A stretch of DNA of 64,000 nucleotides from Laetmonice hystrix. Its lineage: Eukaryota. The DNA lies in contig OZ249436.1 of the NCBI GenBank assembly GCA_965235115.1, forward strand, positions 44,456,001 through 44,520,000. Direction: 5' to 3'. This document shows, piece after piece, positions 12,291 through 25,112 of the stretch (the stretch's first letter is position 1; each line of letters opens with the position of its first letter). A program made the position numbers and the translations under genes. The notes below the pieces were generated by a model. That model was not told the DNA's origin and did not search any database. It saw nothing but the letters and a program-made list of their open reading frames with translations.

Positions 12291-13645
12291 CTGAACAAAA
12301 CAGAGCGAGTGATTTTAGATTTCTTAATATCAGAGGTTCCAATACTAACTCATGATCTAGTTACCATCCAACTGGTTAAGCAAGCCTTTTTACTTTTAAC
12401 AGGGTTCGGGGCCCAGATCTTGCTTAAACTTAACGTTTCTGATTGGCTGTTCTGATCAAATCAGCCAATCAGAAGCGTTATGCTGAAGCCTAAGCAAGAT
12501 CTCAAGTTTTTACCAACTGGACCCTGATTAGGAGCCTGAATACCTTTTTCTCTATACCTTGAGCAGTCTCCCGGAAATGACCACCACTTTAACCCTTTGT
12601 TACCCTTTGTTTCTTGCTAATTAAACTTTCGTTTCTTGCTGAATCGTTTATTTACCTCCGATGAGCGATAGTAACCTCAGTGCTAATCATATGGAAATTT
12701 TAAGTTTGAAAATAATGCTTGTTTCCATGTCCGTGACTCATGGTGGTAGGCTGAGGGTGCTCTTTGCAGCTGCCACGCCCTGCCCTGGGGTTACAGGGGC
12801 CATGACCCTGGTCATTTTAAATTTGATTTGAAATGGTGTATTTCTGGGGCAATCTAGTACAGTTTTGTTTCCCGGAATCTGCTTAATCTCTCGTCTATTA
12901 CCACACACAAAAAGAATAAATTACGACGTGAAGTTAGACACCTAAAACCTTGCGTGCACCTCTGTGAATATATGATTCCGACAAGACCGAAAGACCGCGA
13001 GGAACTCACAAAGGCCTTTACGGCGCCTATATTATATTCAACTACTTTACATCTTGCAGGTAGATATAATATATGAACATGTATGCACTATAACATTTAT
13101 TCATTTCGATTATTTGAGGTTGGATATCGTTTCATTCAAGTCACCGACTTGGCCGCTACCCACCCGCACACTCACAACGATGTGCCTTGTTGACAATTGG
13201 TCTGATCGCAACTGACTTCCAAACAGGGGGGTGTTCCTCATCATGTCGTTAGCTTGTCGTATCGTTAACTCCAATGTATTTTCAATGGGGATTTTAACGC
13301 ACGACAAGATAACGACAGATGAGGAACGCACCCCTGTGTTTGAAATGGGTAAATTGCGTTGTATGCATGTCCACAAGTTTCTGGGTCAGCCACTACAACG
13401 TTTCATTGTGACTGGGACGTTTAGGAGAGGGCGATGTTACCCGTTGTCAGACCTATACCAACGGTACTCGGCGGCCATATGGGCAAGTTTGGTCCAGTCA
13501 AAACGACTCATGTATTTAAAAGCTTTTGCAACTTGGATGACTCATTCGAAATATCTGTATGTCTACGGAACTGATACTTAACCGGATATAATAGGTAACT
13601 TTAGCCTTGCGTATTTATAACTATACTATAACTTCCGTAATTATA

Positions 13646-13892
13646 CAGGGTGTCCGAAAGTTACTGTGCAGTGGGGAAAGGTTTCAATAATACATCGAAC
13701 AGATCACTCCCGCCACCCTCTAAAAGGTGTTCGACAATATGCAGCGTCGTGTGCAGACCTGTCTTCAGGCCTCTGGGGGACATTTCCAACATTTGCTGTA
13801 GGAGAAACGGCAAAATCGTAAATAAAACTTCACTTTTAATAACATTTTATTTAAACCTTTTTTCACCGCACAGTAACTTTTCGGACACCCTG
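13646..13892. mobile_element. Tc1/mariner-type MITE
   Basis: TA-cagggtgtccgaaagttactgtgc ... gcacagtaacttttcggacaccctg-TA: TIRs with TA target duplication. Confidence 0.85.
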
Positions 13893-15654
13893 TACCTACA
13901 TGTATTTGGCCTAATGATTATAGGTTCCATGCGTAGGATCATCAGATCGAACCTTCAGTAGGCCTACACCTGCTCAGATGACTACTGCAGACCTGTAGAA
14001 AACACAGCTCACAACAGATGGTCTGTAAGACACGTGTCTAAATGACGTCAACCAATGTCTTCGTCCTGGTCTCATTAATATACTAACCGAGATTCAATAA
14101 ATCTTAAAGTTATCTTGAGTTGTCAAGGGGCATTCAACCTGGAGTGCACCCAGGGTTTAGGAGATATATGGCCAAACTCTTCCTCTATGGCTCTGAATTA
14201 TCTGAGGGCTCCAACAATTCTATTAAAAACCTCTTGCACTGAGAAAGATGTCACTTTTGTCACAACTTGTCGCAGGCAAAGTGGGCGAGGGCTTGGCCGT
14301 ATTCTTTACTTCTTTATTTTTTGTTGCCAAGAAACACGAAGCAGCCTCCTGAGAGTTATTGGTGCGTTACAACATGGTTTTCTTTCTTCGTCTCACCAGA
14401 TTATACAACATTCGGTTCGCCTATTTGAAGGAGAAATACTTTTCTACTTGTGGAAAATTACTAGAAAGGTAAAACTCTCCTCGAAGAGTGTTATTAGATC
14501 AGCACTATATCTACCTGCATAGTCGGAACCTTAACACTATATCACTTATATAGACAGAAAGTATTTTCTTTATGTAGGAACGTTTAGTCATAAAGGAGTT
14601 CTGGCTCCAAATGCCAGTTGTCATCTACCAAAGGAACTGTTATGGTATAGCTCTATAACAACTTCAAGAGACACCATGACCGTGGCTGTAGGCGCGATAG
14701 AAACTATTGCCAAACGACCTGGCCTTTTAAATCTCCAGCTTGGCACGTCTGCAAGCTCCAGTGGCGGCAATTCTCGGATCGAAGGTAGTGTATAGGACCT
14801 GGTCTGTGCGAAAGGGATCTTTAAATAGATCTCTTCAGACTTCTGGCAAGGGTTTCTTCCATCGGATACATATTGTATTACTATGTATTTTTCAATGGCG
14901 CATAGTCTTTCCTTCATTAAACTCAGTCAAGCTATTAAGAAGTTATTCTAGGCTCTGAAGAAATCACTCTATCACACTTTGCCCTGGTGATTCTGTGACT
15001 GAGTGATTTGCATTTGGTACAGACAAAGGATATGACCTCGCTGCAACAATCTTACCGTAAAACCTGAATGGCCAGACTGATGTTGATCAAACTGATACCA
15101 TTTTTATTAAATAGATTTCCTGTCATATACAATGAGATTGGAATTCTTCTTATGCCCTTTATTATTTTATTTCCTAGGCATTTTCCTCTGGGAACCCTGT
15201 CTATCACATATACCAATATCGTATATATATCCAGCCTCGTATTCTTTCATCCGTCACGTCCACAGACAGCCAGTGTTACAGTTTTGAGAAAAAATGTATT
15301 TGATATAGAGATTGGTCTAAGACCTGTGCCCGAGGCTGGAGGGAGAACATGTTAGCACCAGACAGGTGTGTGGGCGATACACCGACTCAGCATGCTTGTA
15401 TCGTCAAGCAAACACAAAATGTTTAAAAGAAAATCTAATCCGTTCAACTGACGCACAGCTTTTATACCAAGTACATATATGCTCTTCTATTCACTTTCCT
15501 CTTGCGAAATCTTTCTAATGATGCACCTTATGGTAATTATGATATTAATTTTAGCATTACTAGAAATGCCATACAATTTACGGGTCATCCCGCTAGCTGC
15601 TTACCAGGTAACCTATCTAGATTTGTGCTAATTCAGACCATTGCCCTCCCCAAC

Positions 15655-17249
15655 CCCTGGTTTTGAATACTGTTTTCCACCAACATGCAGTGGGGGCTTA
15701 CTTGCAGAGACAGAGACCTGGATTTGAATACTGTTTTCCCCCAGCATGCAGTGGGGACTTACTTGCAGAGACCTGGATTTGAATACTGTTTTCCCCCAGC
15801 ATGCAGTGGGGACTTACTTGCAGAGACCTGGTTTTGAATACTGTTTTCCCCCAGCATGCAGTGGGGACTTACTTGCAGAGACCTGGTTTTGAATACTGTT
15901 TTCCCCCAGCATGCAGTGGGGACTTACTTGCAGAGACCTGGTTTTGAATACATGTACTGTTTTCCACCAGCATGCAGTGGGGACTTACTTGCAGAGACAG
16001 AGACCTGGTTTTGAATACTTTTTTCCACCAGCAGGCAGTGGGGACTTACTTGCAGACACAGAGACCTGGTTTTGAATACTGTTTTCCACCAGCATGCAGT
16101 GGGGGCTTACTTGCAGAGACAGAGACCTAGTTTTGAATACTGTTTTCAACCAGCAGGCAGTGGGGACTTACTTGCAGAGACCTGGTTTTGAATACTGTTT
16201 TCCACCAGCAGGCAGTGGGGACTTAATTGCAGAGACAGAGACCTGGTTTTGAATACTGTTTTCACCAGCATGCAGTGGGAACTTACTTGCAGAGACAGAG
16301 ACCTGGTTTTGAATACTGTTTTCAACCAGCAGGCAGTGGGGACTTACTTGCAGAGACAGAGACCTGGTTTTGAATACTGTTTTCCACCAGCAGGCAGTGG
16401 GGACTTACTTGCAGAGACCTGGTTTTGAATACTGTTTTCCACCAGCATGCAGTGGGGACTTACTTGCAGAGACAGAGACCTGGATTTGAATACTGTTTTT
16501 CACCAGCATGCAGTGGGGACTTACTTGCAGAGACAGAGACCTGGTTTTGAATACTGTTTTCCACCAGCAGGCAGTGGGGACTTACTTCCAGAGGCCTGGT
16601 TTTGAATACTGTTTTCCACCAGCAGGCAGTGGGGACTTACTTGCAGAGACAGAGACCTGGTTTTGAATACTGTTTTCCACCAGCAGGCAGTGGGGACTTC
16701 CTTGCAGAGACAGAGACCTGGTTTTGAATACTGTTTTCCACCAGCAGGCAGTGGGGACCTCCTTGCAGAGACAGAGACCTGGTTTTGAATACTGTTTTCC
16801 ACCAGCAGGCAGTGGGGACTTCCTTGCAGAGACAGAGACCTAGTTTTGAATACTGTTTTCCACCAGCAGGCAGTGGGGACTTACTTGCAGAGACAGAGAC
16901 CTGGTTTTGAATACTGTTTTCCACCAGCAGGCAGTGGGGACTTCCTTGCAGAGACAGAGACCTGGTTTTGAATACTGTTTTCCACCAGCAGGCAGTGGGG
17001 ACTTCCTTGCAGAGACAGAGACCTGGTTTTGAATACTGTTTTCCACCAGCAGGCAGTGGGGACTTACTTGCAGAGACAGAGACCTGGGTAATACTGTTTT
17101 CCACCAGCATGCAGTGGGGACTTCCTTGCAGAGACAGAGACCTAGTTTTGAATACTGTTTTCCACCAACATGCAGTGTGGACTTACTTCCAGAGACCTGG
17201 TTTTGAATACTGTTTTCCACTAGCAGGCAGTGTGGACTTACTTGCAGAG
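15655..17249. repeat. Minisatellite, ~54-61-bp unit, ~27 copies, containing the TM-exon donor
   Basis: Unit gagacctggttttgaatactgttttccaccagcaggcagtggggacttacttgcagagaca. On the minus strand it includes CTCTGCAA|gtaagt. Confidence 0.95.
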
Positions 17250-17356
17250 CAGCCAGATGATGACGATGAGAAAGATAAGCAGCAGCCCGCCACCCACCGT
17301 CCCACATATGACTCCAACTCGCTCCTCCTGTGAGAGCGAGGCCTGCGCCGCGACAC
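17242..17356 (-). CDS. Gene 1 transmembrane exon, phase 1-2 (VAAQASLSQEERVGVICGTVGGGLLLIFLIVIIWLLCK)
   Basis: Acceptor gtgttttcag| and donor GCAA|gtaagt. 115 nt with a ~24-residue hydrophobic stretch in a frame absent from the ORF track. AA+G joins exon 12290 as K-TNRLKR. Confidence 0.92.
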
Positions 17357-17411
17357 CTGAAAACACCAAGCCAGAACTCCATCAAATAAGGCATTTGTAA
17401 TATAATAAAAG

Positions 17412-17824
17412 CAGGGTTTCCGCCAGAGGGTAAAATGGGTAAAATTCCGTACCCTCAAAATCGTTGGGTAACCATTTTTCTATAAAGTAATAAAAACAGG
17501 CATGAGAATGGAAAATTGGGAAAAAAATCGGAAAATCTAAACCCCCTTATGGAAGCCCAGTACAGGTACAGTAGTCTGGAGTTGGATAGCCCCCCCCCCC
17601 CATAACACTGAAATTTTTCTCAACGGATTTTGGATCGATCTCAAGAATGACCAAAATCACTTGAAAAAATCGGAATTCCGCCGATCATTGGAAGATTCTC
17701 ATGCCTGTAAAAACCTCCTGATGATGCCTTGAGCAATGGGGCCTGCGAGCACATATGTTTGGAATATAGATGGCAGCACTGGCGCTGGACCCCTCCTGTG
17801 GTCTTTTTTCTGGCGGAAACCCTG
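17412..17824. mobile_element. MITE (TIR cagggtttccgccaga) with nested MITE 17497-17707
   Basis: Outer TIRs cagggtttccgccaga / tctggcggaaaccctg. Inner TIRs caggcatgagaat / attctcatgcctg flanked by duplicated taaaaa. Confidence 0.8.
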
Positions 17825-19132
17825 AAGAGGAGTTTAAAGTATCAACTACAGCAGGTACCATTGAACCAGCAGAACTGTGAACACCGGTCTATGTATGGGA
17901 TGGGATTGGGGTTTATGTACGCCTCAGCAGGTGAAAAAGTAATATCGGAGCAGTAACCAGAGAACCCAGTAAAAACCATGCAGCGACATTGCAGCAATTA
18001 TTGGGTGGGCATGGTCCCCCTTTTATATTTCATACAGCTCGGAATACGACTGGAAGGAACAGATAGAAAAGATTAAAATAGAAAATGATCTCCAGATCTT
18101 TTCTTCCGTTTAGTTATGTCCCCAGAAGATACTTTGACGGGTGACAATGGCTGGATGGTTTATATGCTTTACAATTCTTTTGGAAGTTCTATTTACACAA
18201 TATTTCCCGTGGACAATAACTAAAGGTTTACATAGCATGGCTGCGCCGGTATGACATGACAAATCACTGCGATCCTTCACTTCCCACAAGTACGAGGAAG
18301 AATGACCTAATATTGAGGTCAATCATCAATAGGTGTAAGTTAGTTTGATGTCATCCAGGGCGATAAGGTGATATGATATAACCTAACACTTGCTGCACAC
18401 CATTGTCACATCAAGCTGTCATGATCACGACATGAAATGGACCCTTCCCGGCTAGATAACATAGACATTGACGAGACTGGGAGAGACTTGAACTGTCAGT
18501 CTCACGGGGATCAGGTGAGTGAGACCTGACCATTAACATTTTGGTTCTTGTCTGGTCAGTCCACCGCTGCACAATACAATGTCTGAAAGGGGCAATTCGT
18601 AAACCAAACAAAACTCAAGGACTGACTCTTCTCCTCGCTGACAGTATACCTCTCCATCAAAGGTTCCAACAGATAAAGAAGTTAAAGAATTCTTCTCAGA
18701 GATTTGCGCAAATTTTCTCTATAAATAAGTCATAATCTTCCCTATCGTGACCTCAGTGACCTCCAGGGGATAGCCGCTGGGTGTGAACCTGTTACTTGTC
18801 GTTGGTATTTTAAAAAAAACATCACATTTAGAGTAGTTCTGAACGGATGCTGCTTCAGGGGAAATATAAGAAAAATGAAGGCATAAGATTCTATTTCTGA
18901 AACCAGGATATCATCTGTAAGCAGGAAGCAGCAAATTATGTACAGCCTATATTAGCTTAAATCACTCGGTCTCTTGGCCGATTACTTCTTCTTTCTAACT
19001 TTATGGCCTTTTTTACCGGGGTTTTATTCAGATTTTGAGAAATAACTGATTTTGGCTACCGATCTGGATCCGTTACAACCCCTCCCCCCTCCCGCAGCCC
19101 ACGGGCCTGCTTTAATTCGGTCAGACATACAG

Positions 19133-19439
19133 CAGGGATATTTTTATCAAATGTCCAAGGGGGGACATTTGAGATTTTGGACTTATTCTATAAAAAAAAA
19201 AATTGGACCTTTTTCTAAGACCTCCAGGTTTAGACCTCCAGATATTTTGCAAAAGATCCAAAATTGTGGGCCTTTCTCTCTGGCGCATGGCTCAGAGGTC
19301 CATGATATTTCACAAAACATCCAAAATTGTGGACCTTTCTTTCCGACATATGCCTCCTAAATTCTGGACCTTTTGGGGTTGTCAAAATTCAAGGGGGGCG
19401 GCAATGCCCCCCCCCCGCCCCCTGATAAAAATATCCCTG
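19133..19439. mobile_element. MITE with 17-bp TIR; related inverted copy at ~28720-28990
   Basis: cagggatatttttatca / tgataaaaatatccctg. Internal ctctctggcgcatggctcagaggtccatgatatt recurs reverse-complemented near 28770-28800. Confidence 0.8.
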
Positions 19440-20210
19440 TACGACCGTTTACTGCTGAGTGCACAATGCAGACAGAAGTTACGAATGCACGGAGATGTTC
19501 AAGGTTGTGACGGGAACTTTTCAGTCGATTTAAAATCAACGGACTGCGATTAGCACCTCATGTGATACTCAAAGCAGCCGCAGTCGAAACGTCAGAATGT
19601 TAACCGTTAAATATAACAGGACAGACTTAAAGAATTTCCCGCCAGGGGGCAGGACATGACCTTCCATACACATGGTCAGTTCTCAGTGTCACATTTGTAA
19701 CCATAGATGTTTTGATATATGGTAAATGACTTGGTGCATGTCCTGAGGTAATGTATAAATGTATGAAGTGAAAGCACGATTTAAATTGTATATAAGAACT
19801 AATTAGCCAATGATACTGTTTTCCTGTTAATCCAGGAAACGTGGTTCCATTAAGATTCGTCAATACCCTCCAGGCGTTAAAACACCAACAAGGAAAGCGA
19901 TTCTTTTGAGCGAAAAATATATTAACATGTTCCCCTGCTTCCAAGAAGATATTTGTTCCATCGAGGCAGGTTCTCAGAAACGTGAAGTCTTTTTTCAGAC
20001 CCGTCTTGCCCTGCTGAGGCGTCAGTCCACTGTAAGGGGCGGTCAAGTGTCATGACATGCATGAGAAACCAACACTCGCAATGACCATCTAATCTCCTAA
20101 TCTGGGTTCTTCATGTGACATGATCATAGAACCTGTGTTACATGAACAAGTGAATTATGGAGGCCTCTGTGTAAACTCGCGAGTTTTCATAATAGTGCTA
20201 CAAAAGACAT

Positions 20211-20705
20211 TTAAAGGGGCATGCTATGAAACACGTTTTGGAGGATTTCCGGCAATTATCCAACATGATCGTGTACTAGGGATCCAAGTAAATAATCCTA
20301 CCATAGCATTTTGTCCTCCGACGTGTTTTCGCTGCGTATGCAGCACAAGTAGGTTCTATACGACCAAACGCATAGATTTCTCCCGATAGCACATCTCCCA
20401 CCATAATTTGGTAGACAACCTCCCATCAACCCGTGTAACATCCTGCGTGCGCACTCTGTGCATCTGCATGCGCGAGGGTTCTGCGTGTCGTGTGTCAACA
20501 AAAGCCACGTGCAAACGATGGGTGGAGCCGTTTTTCCAGATGGCCAGCAAGAAAGCTTCGTAAACTTCGATTTCTCACGCAAAATGAAACTGATAAGTCT
20601 GTCTTTGTTTACCAAGCAATTTTAAAGAAGGATCTCTTTATGAAAACAGCAAAAGTTCTTTGAAATACCGATTTTTCACGTTTCCTCATAATATATCCCT
20701 TTAAA
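20211..20705. mobile_element. Probable TTAA-flanked MITE (Kolobok-like)
   Basis: ttaa-aggggcatgctatga ... tcataatatatccct-ttaa imperfect termini. Confidence 0.5.
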
Positions 20706-21574
20706 AAGGAATCTGCCTACTGTAGCTTAAGCACCATAATCACTAAATTACCTTTCCAGGGGCGTGGAAAGGTTACCCAAATTGGGTGGGGCACAGAATG
20801 GGGCATGGTAGATCCATCTTCAGGTCGGGCACCCGTCTCATTTATTCATTCCTGGGTGTTGTGATGAAATGATACCTAAAGCAACCCGCACTCTGGGCCA
20901 ACGGCCTAGTCATTTCGACAAATTCCAAGAGTTCTTTTACACGGCAGTCCGGACCGCTGGGCGGGGTCAGGATTCGAATCGGCTCGACCAAGCATCAGCC
21001 CGAGCTGGCCCTCCTGACATCTCGACTGTAAGCATCTCTTCCATTTAATCTACACCCGACCCTCATTGAGGATCATGCCCCCCCCCCTGGTGGTTTATAA
21101 GAGGCAATGAATGAGGCAAGGACTGGTCTGATTAGTGGTCGAGAGTCGGTTTGCAGAATCATCTGCCAGGCACAGAAGGTGTTGCATTCGTCCAACACCA
21201 ATTCTCCCAGTGGCCCTCTCCAGGGCTCCGCAACTGTGTATATCCTGTGGTAAGTCCCGCCGTGTCTATGTGGCCGGGCATATTAATGAACCCTTGGCAT
21301 TTCTTTTCAGTAAGGGGCACTCTAGGCAGCAGGTTTCCTTCTTACTTCATCCTCATTTTCACCCCAAGAAATTGGCTGTATACAATACCTGTCATAACTA
21401 AACAGGTTCGTCACTTCTCGTCCAGGCTGATATGCTGCATGCCGATATGGCGTAAATCCTCTAATTAATGCGCTCGCTTACATTCAATTTGTAGTTAACT
21501 TCACAGGGTGCAATACATTGTCTGCCGCAAACTGAGTTTGTATCCGTGTGCTGTAAATTCCATGAATTCTTCAC

Positions 21575-23302
21575 GACTATGAGTCTTGTTTTCAAGGTAT
21601 GTTAAACGACCTAACTCACAGTAGGCCTATATAGATTTCTACAGACTATGAGTCTTGTTTTCATGGTATGTTAGACGACCTAACTCACAGTAGGCCGATA
21701 TAGATTTCTACAGACTATGAGTCTTGTTTTCAAGGTATGTTAAACGACCTAACTCACAGTCGGCCGATATAGATTTCTACAGACTAGGAGTCTTGTTTTC
21801 AAGGTATGTTAAACGACCTAACTCACAGTCGGCCGATATAGATTTCTACAGACTAGGAGTCTTGTTTTCAAGGTATGTTAAACGACCTAACTCACAGTAG
21901 GCCGATATAGATTTCTACAGACTATGAGTCTTGTTTTCATGGTATGTTAAACGACCTAACTCACAGTAGGCCGGTATAGATTTCTACAGACTACGAGTCT
22001 TGTTTTCAAGGTATGTTAAACGACCTAACTCACAGTCGGCCGATATAGATTTCTACAGACTAGGAGTCTTGTTTTCAAGGTATGTTAAACGACCTAACTC
22101 ACAGTCGGCCGATATAGATTTCTACAGACTATGAGTCTTGTTTTCAAGGTATGTTAAACGACCTAACTCACAGTCGGCCGATATAGATTTCTACAGACTA
22201 GGAGTCTTGTTTTCATGGTATGTTAAACGACCTAACTCACAGTCGGCCGATATAGATTTCTACAGACTATGAGTCTTGTTTTCATGGTATGTTAGACGAC
22301 CTAACTCACAGTAGGCCGATATAGATTTCTACAGACTAGGAGTCTTGTTTTCAAGGTATGTTAAACGACCTAACTCACAGTCGGCCGATATAGATTTCTA
22401 CAGACTATGAGTCTTGTTTTCATGGTATGTTAGACGACCTAACTCACAGTAGGCCGATATAGATTTCTACAGACTAGGAGTCTTGTTTTCATGGTATGTT
22501 AGACGACCTAACTCACAGTCGGCCGATATAGATTTCTACAGACTAGGAGTCTTGTTTTCAAGGTATGTTAGACGACCTAACTCACAGTCGGCCGATATAG
22601 ATTTCTACAGACTAGGAGTCTTGTTTTCATGGTATGATAAACGACCTAACTCACAGTCGGCCGATATAGATTTCTACAGACTAGGAGTCTTGTTTTCATG
22701 GTATGTTAGACGACCTAACTCACAGTAGGCCGATATAGATTTCTACAGACTAGGAGTCTTGTTTTCAAGGTATGTTAAACGACCTAACTCACAGTCGGCC
22801 GATATAGATTTCTACAGACTATGAGTCTTGTTTTCATGGTATGTTAGACGACCTAACTCACAGTAGGCCGATATAGATTTCTACAGACTAGGAGTCTTGT
22901 TTTCATGGTATGTTAGACGACCTAACTCACAGTCGGCCGATATAGATTTCTACAGACTATGAGTCTTGTTTTCATGGTATGTTAGACGACCTAACTCACA
23001 GTAGGCCGATATAGATTTCTACAGACTAGGAGTCTTGTTTTCAAGGTATGTTAAACGACCTAACTCACAGTCGGCCGATATAGATTTCTACAGACTAGGA
23101 GTCTTGTTTTCATGGTATGTTAGACGACCTAACTCACAGTCGGCCGATATAGATTTCTACAGACTATGAGTCTTGTTTTCATGGTATGTTAGACGACCTA
23201 ACTCACAGTCGGCCGATATAGATTTCTACAGACTAGGAGTCTTGTTTTCAAGGTATGTTAGACGACCTAACTCACAGTCGGCCGATATAGATTTCTACAG
23301 AT
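21575..23302. repeat. Minisatellite, 69-bp unit, ~25 copies
   Basis: Unit gacta(g/t)gagtcttgttttca(a/t)ggtatgtta(a/g)acgacctaactcacagt(c/a)ggccgatatagatttctaca. Minus strand carries ACT|gtgagt in every unit. Confidence 0.95.
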
Positions 23303-23347
23303 TACCTCCTTGAAATCTAATGAACCTGACCGATTTACAGGATTTTG
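23276..23347 (-). CDS. Candidate gene 1 ectodomain exon, phase 0-0 (QNPVNRSGSLDFKEVICRNLYRPT)
   Basis: Pyrimidine-rich acceptor ttttatcccttctgacag| and donor gtgagt, 72 nt open. Not linked to its neighbours with certainty. Confidence 0.5.
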
Positions 23348-23441
23348 CTGTCAGAAGGGATAAAACTGAGAAACCTCGCAATTCTCTATAAATAACTGAC
23401 CCCAGAATATTCTACCTCAAAGTACACATCATCTTCGAACA

Positions 23442-23585
23442 GCTACGAAATGGCAACGACAGCTGCGAAATGGACAACTGCGAAATGGCAACGACAGCTG
23501 CGAAATGGCAACAACAGCTGCGAAATGGACAGCTGCGAAATGGCAACGACAGCTGCGAAATGGACAGCTGCGAAATGGCAACGAC
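23442..23585. repeat. Short tandem repeat of gctgcgaaatgg(caacg)aca units
   Basis: About 8 copies of 16-20-bp variants. Confidence 0.85.
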
Positions 23586-24479
23586 GCTCTGATTATGAGA
23601 ATAAGCAACAGTAGGTTTACATAAAAGGCCATCTTTGACTTCTGGACGCCAGCAGTATGGCTATATACTTCATGGAGTGCAACCGTTAGCTGATCTTTAC
23701 AGAAGACTAAATCTAAATCTGCTCCAATCTACTTCCTTGGCTTGTAGCCACACAATCTCATCCCTGTGTCGGCCCTCGTTCGGTGAGACATAACCGTTTT
23801 TGCCGCTTGCAAGATTGGACACATCAACATGCAGTTATAGTTTGGTATTTGAATTAAAGAAGAAGCAAATTGTCCAGGGAATGTATACAGCAATGCTATC
23901 AACTGTGATTAACCGAATAATCGAGACTTTTTTTTTATCACGTCTAGCCTCCAGGCTAGAGAGTTTGGGCTGGCTGGTCCCTCAGTCCAAAGAAATTGTA
24001 ATGTTTAGGTGTAGGAACGTGCATGTGTGTCAAAAGTTTGCTTAAAGCGACATAGAACAGAGGTCAGCACAAAGCCTCCAGGGCTTACAAATGACACTCT
24101 TTCAAAGCGAGGTTTTCACTCGAGTGCCTCCGGGGCATGACCCTAATGAAAGGTATGATATCGGCACAGGTAAAGACATATTTTGAATGCTTATGATTAT
24201 CTACGTATAGACTGAGGCTGTTCTTGCCTCAGCAACATTTTATGATACCCGTAGCCGCTGACCTATTCTCCCCCGGAGGCATCGCGTGGGGAACCTGCCT
24301 CCTTCCCTGAGGCCAATTTAAATGCCTGAGGCTCGGGGACACCATTCTGAGAAGGGCTTTGTTGTCGGTGAATTGCGAAGGTCATGTATTAATTTAACGT
24401 CACAAAGGAAGGGCAACGATTACTTCAAGGTCGAAATGAGAAGGTCCAGTCTTTTATCATTCTCATCCACAGTGTGAGG

Positions 24480-24921
24480 CAATCTTCCGAGGCCATTTCC
24501 GTTTTAGAAATAACCTCGGATGTATATCAGGCTCTATGATACAAACGTAAAACGTCGCAGTGAGGAGGCTCGACCACATCACCGCTCATGTTCTACTGCC
24601 CTGCTGCGTAGTTCCAACGCATATAAACAGATCGCGGACACTTATGAATCTGACACAAATTTAGTGTACATTTTGGTGTATCCGGTGGTATTGAAGTGGG
24701 ATTTTAACACAAATTTCAATCTCAAAAAAGTTAAAATCCGCGAATCCCCGGAAGATGTTCATCGTTGCCCTCACTGGCCTCAGCAATTTGTCCATACTTG
24801 TCATAGATCTAGCCTGCCTGGGCTCAGCATGCAGGCTCGAGCTAAGCATATTGCGAAGTTTACAGACTATTTACTTCAAACGTAACATTTATTATTAGCC
24901 TACCAAGTTCCAACAATTTCA
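24480..24921 (+). repeat. Dispersed repeat; second diverged copy at ~29310-29686
   Basis: Blocks cttccgaggccatttccg...cgtagttccaacgc and ttgcgaagtttacaga...gcctaccaagttccaacaatttca occur in both places in the same order. Confidence 0.8.
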
Positions 24922-25112
24922 AGCAACAAAATACAGTCACGGAGTTTAGCGCTGTCCAGAAACAAAGCAGGTGCTGGTGTTATGTGTCCGCCATTTTAAA
25001 TAAATCGGCCACATGACTCCATCAAATCATTGTGTAGTTCAACATGGCAGCGCTCGTAATACATGCGAGGTGTGTTACGTAGAGAAAGGCCCAGATGTAA
25101 TTGTGATTGAGT

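Noticed and set aside
14115..15355. Short ORFs suggesting a decayed transposase or LINE
   Set aside because: No recognisable RT, endonuclease or DDE motif.
16521..17458. ORFs of 91-184 aa over the 60-bp array
   Set aside because: Repeat translations; the real TM exon is in a different frame.
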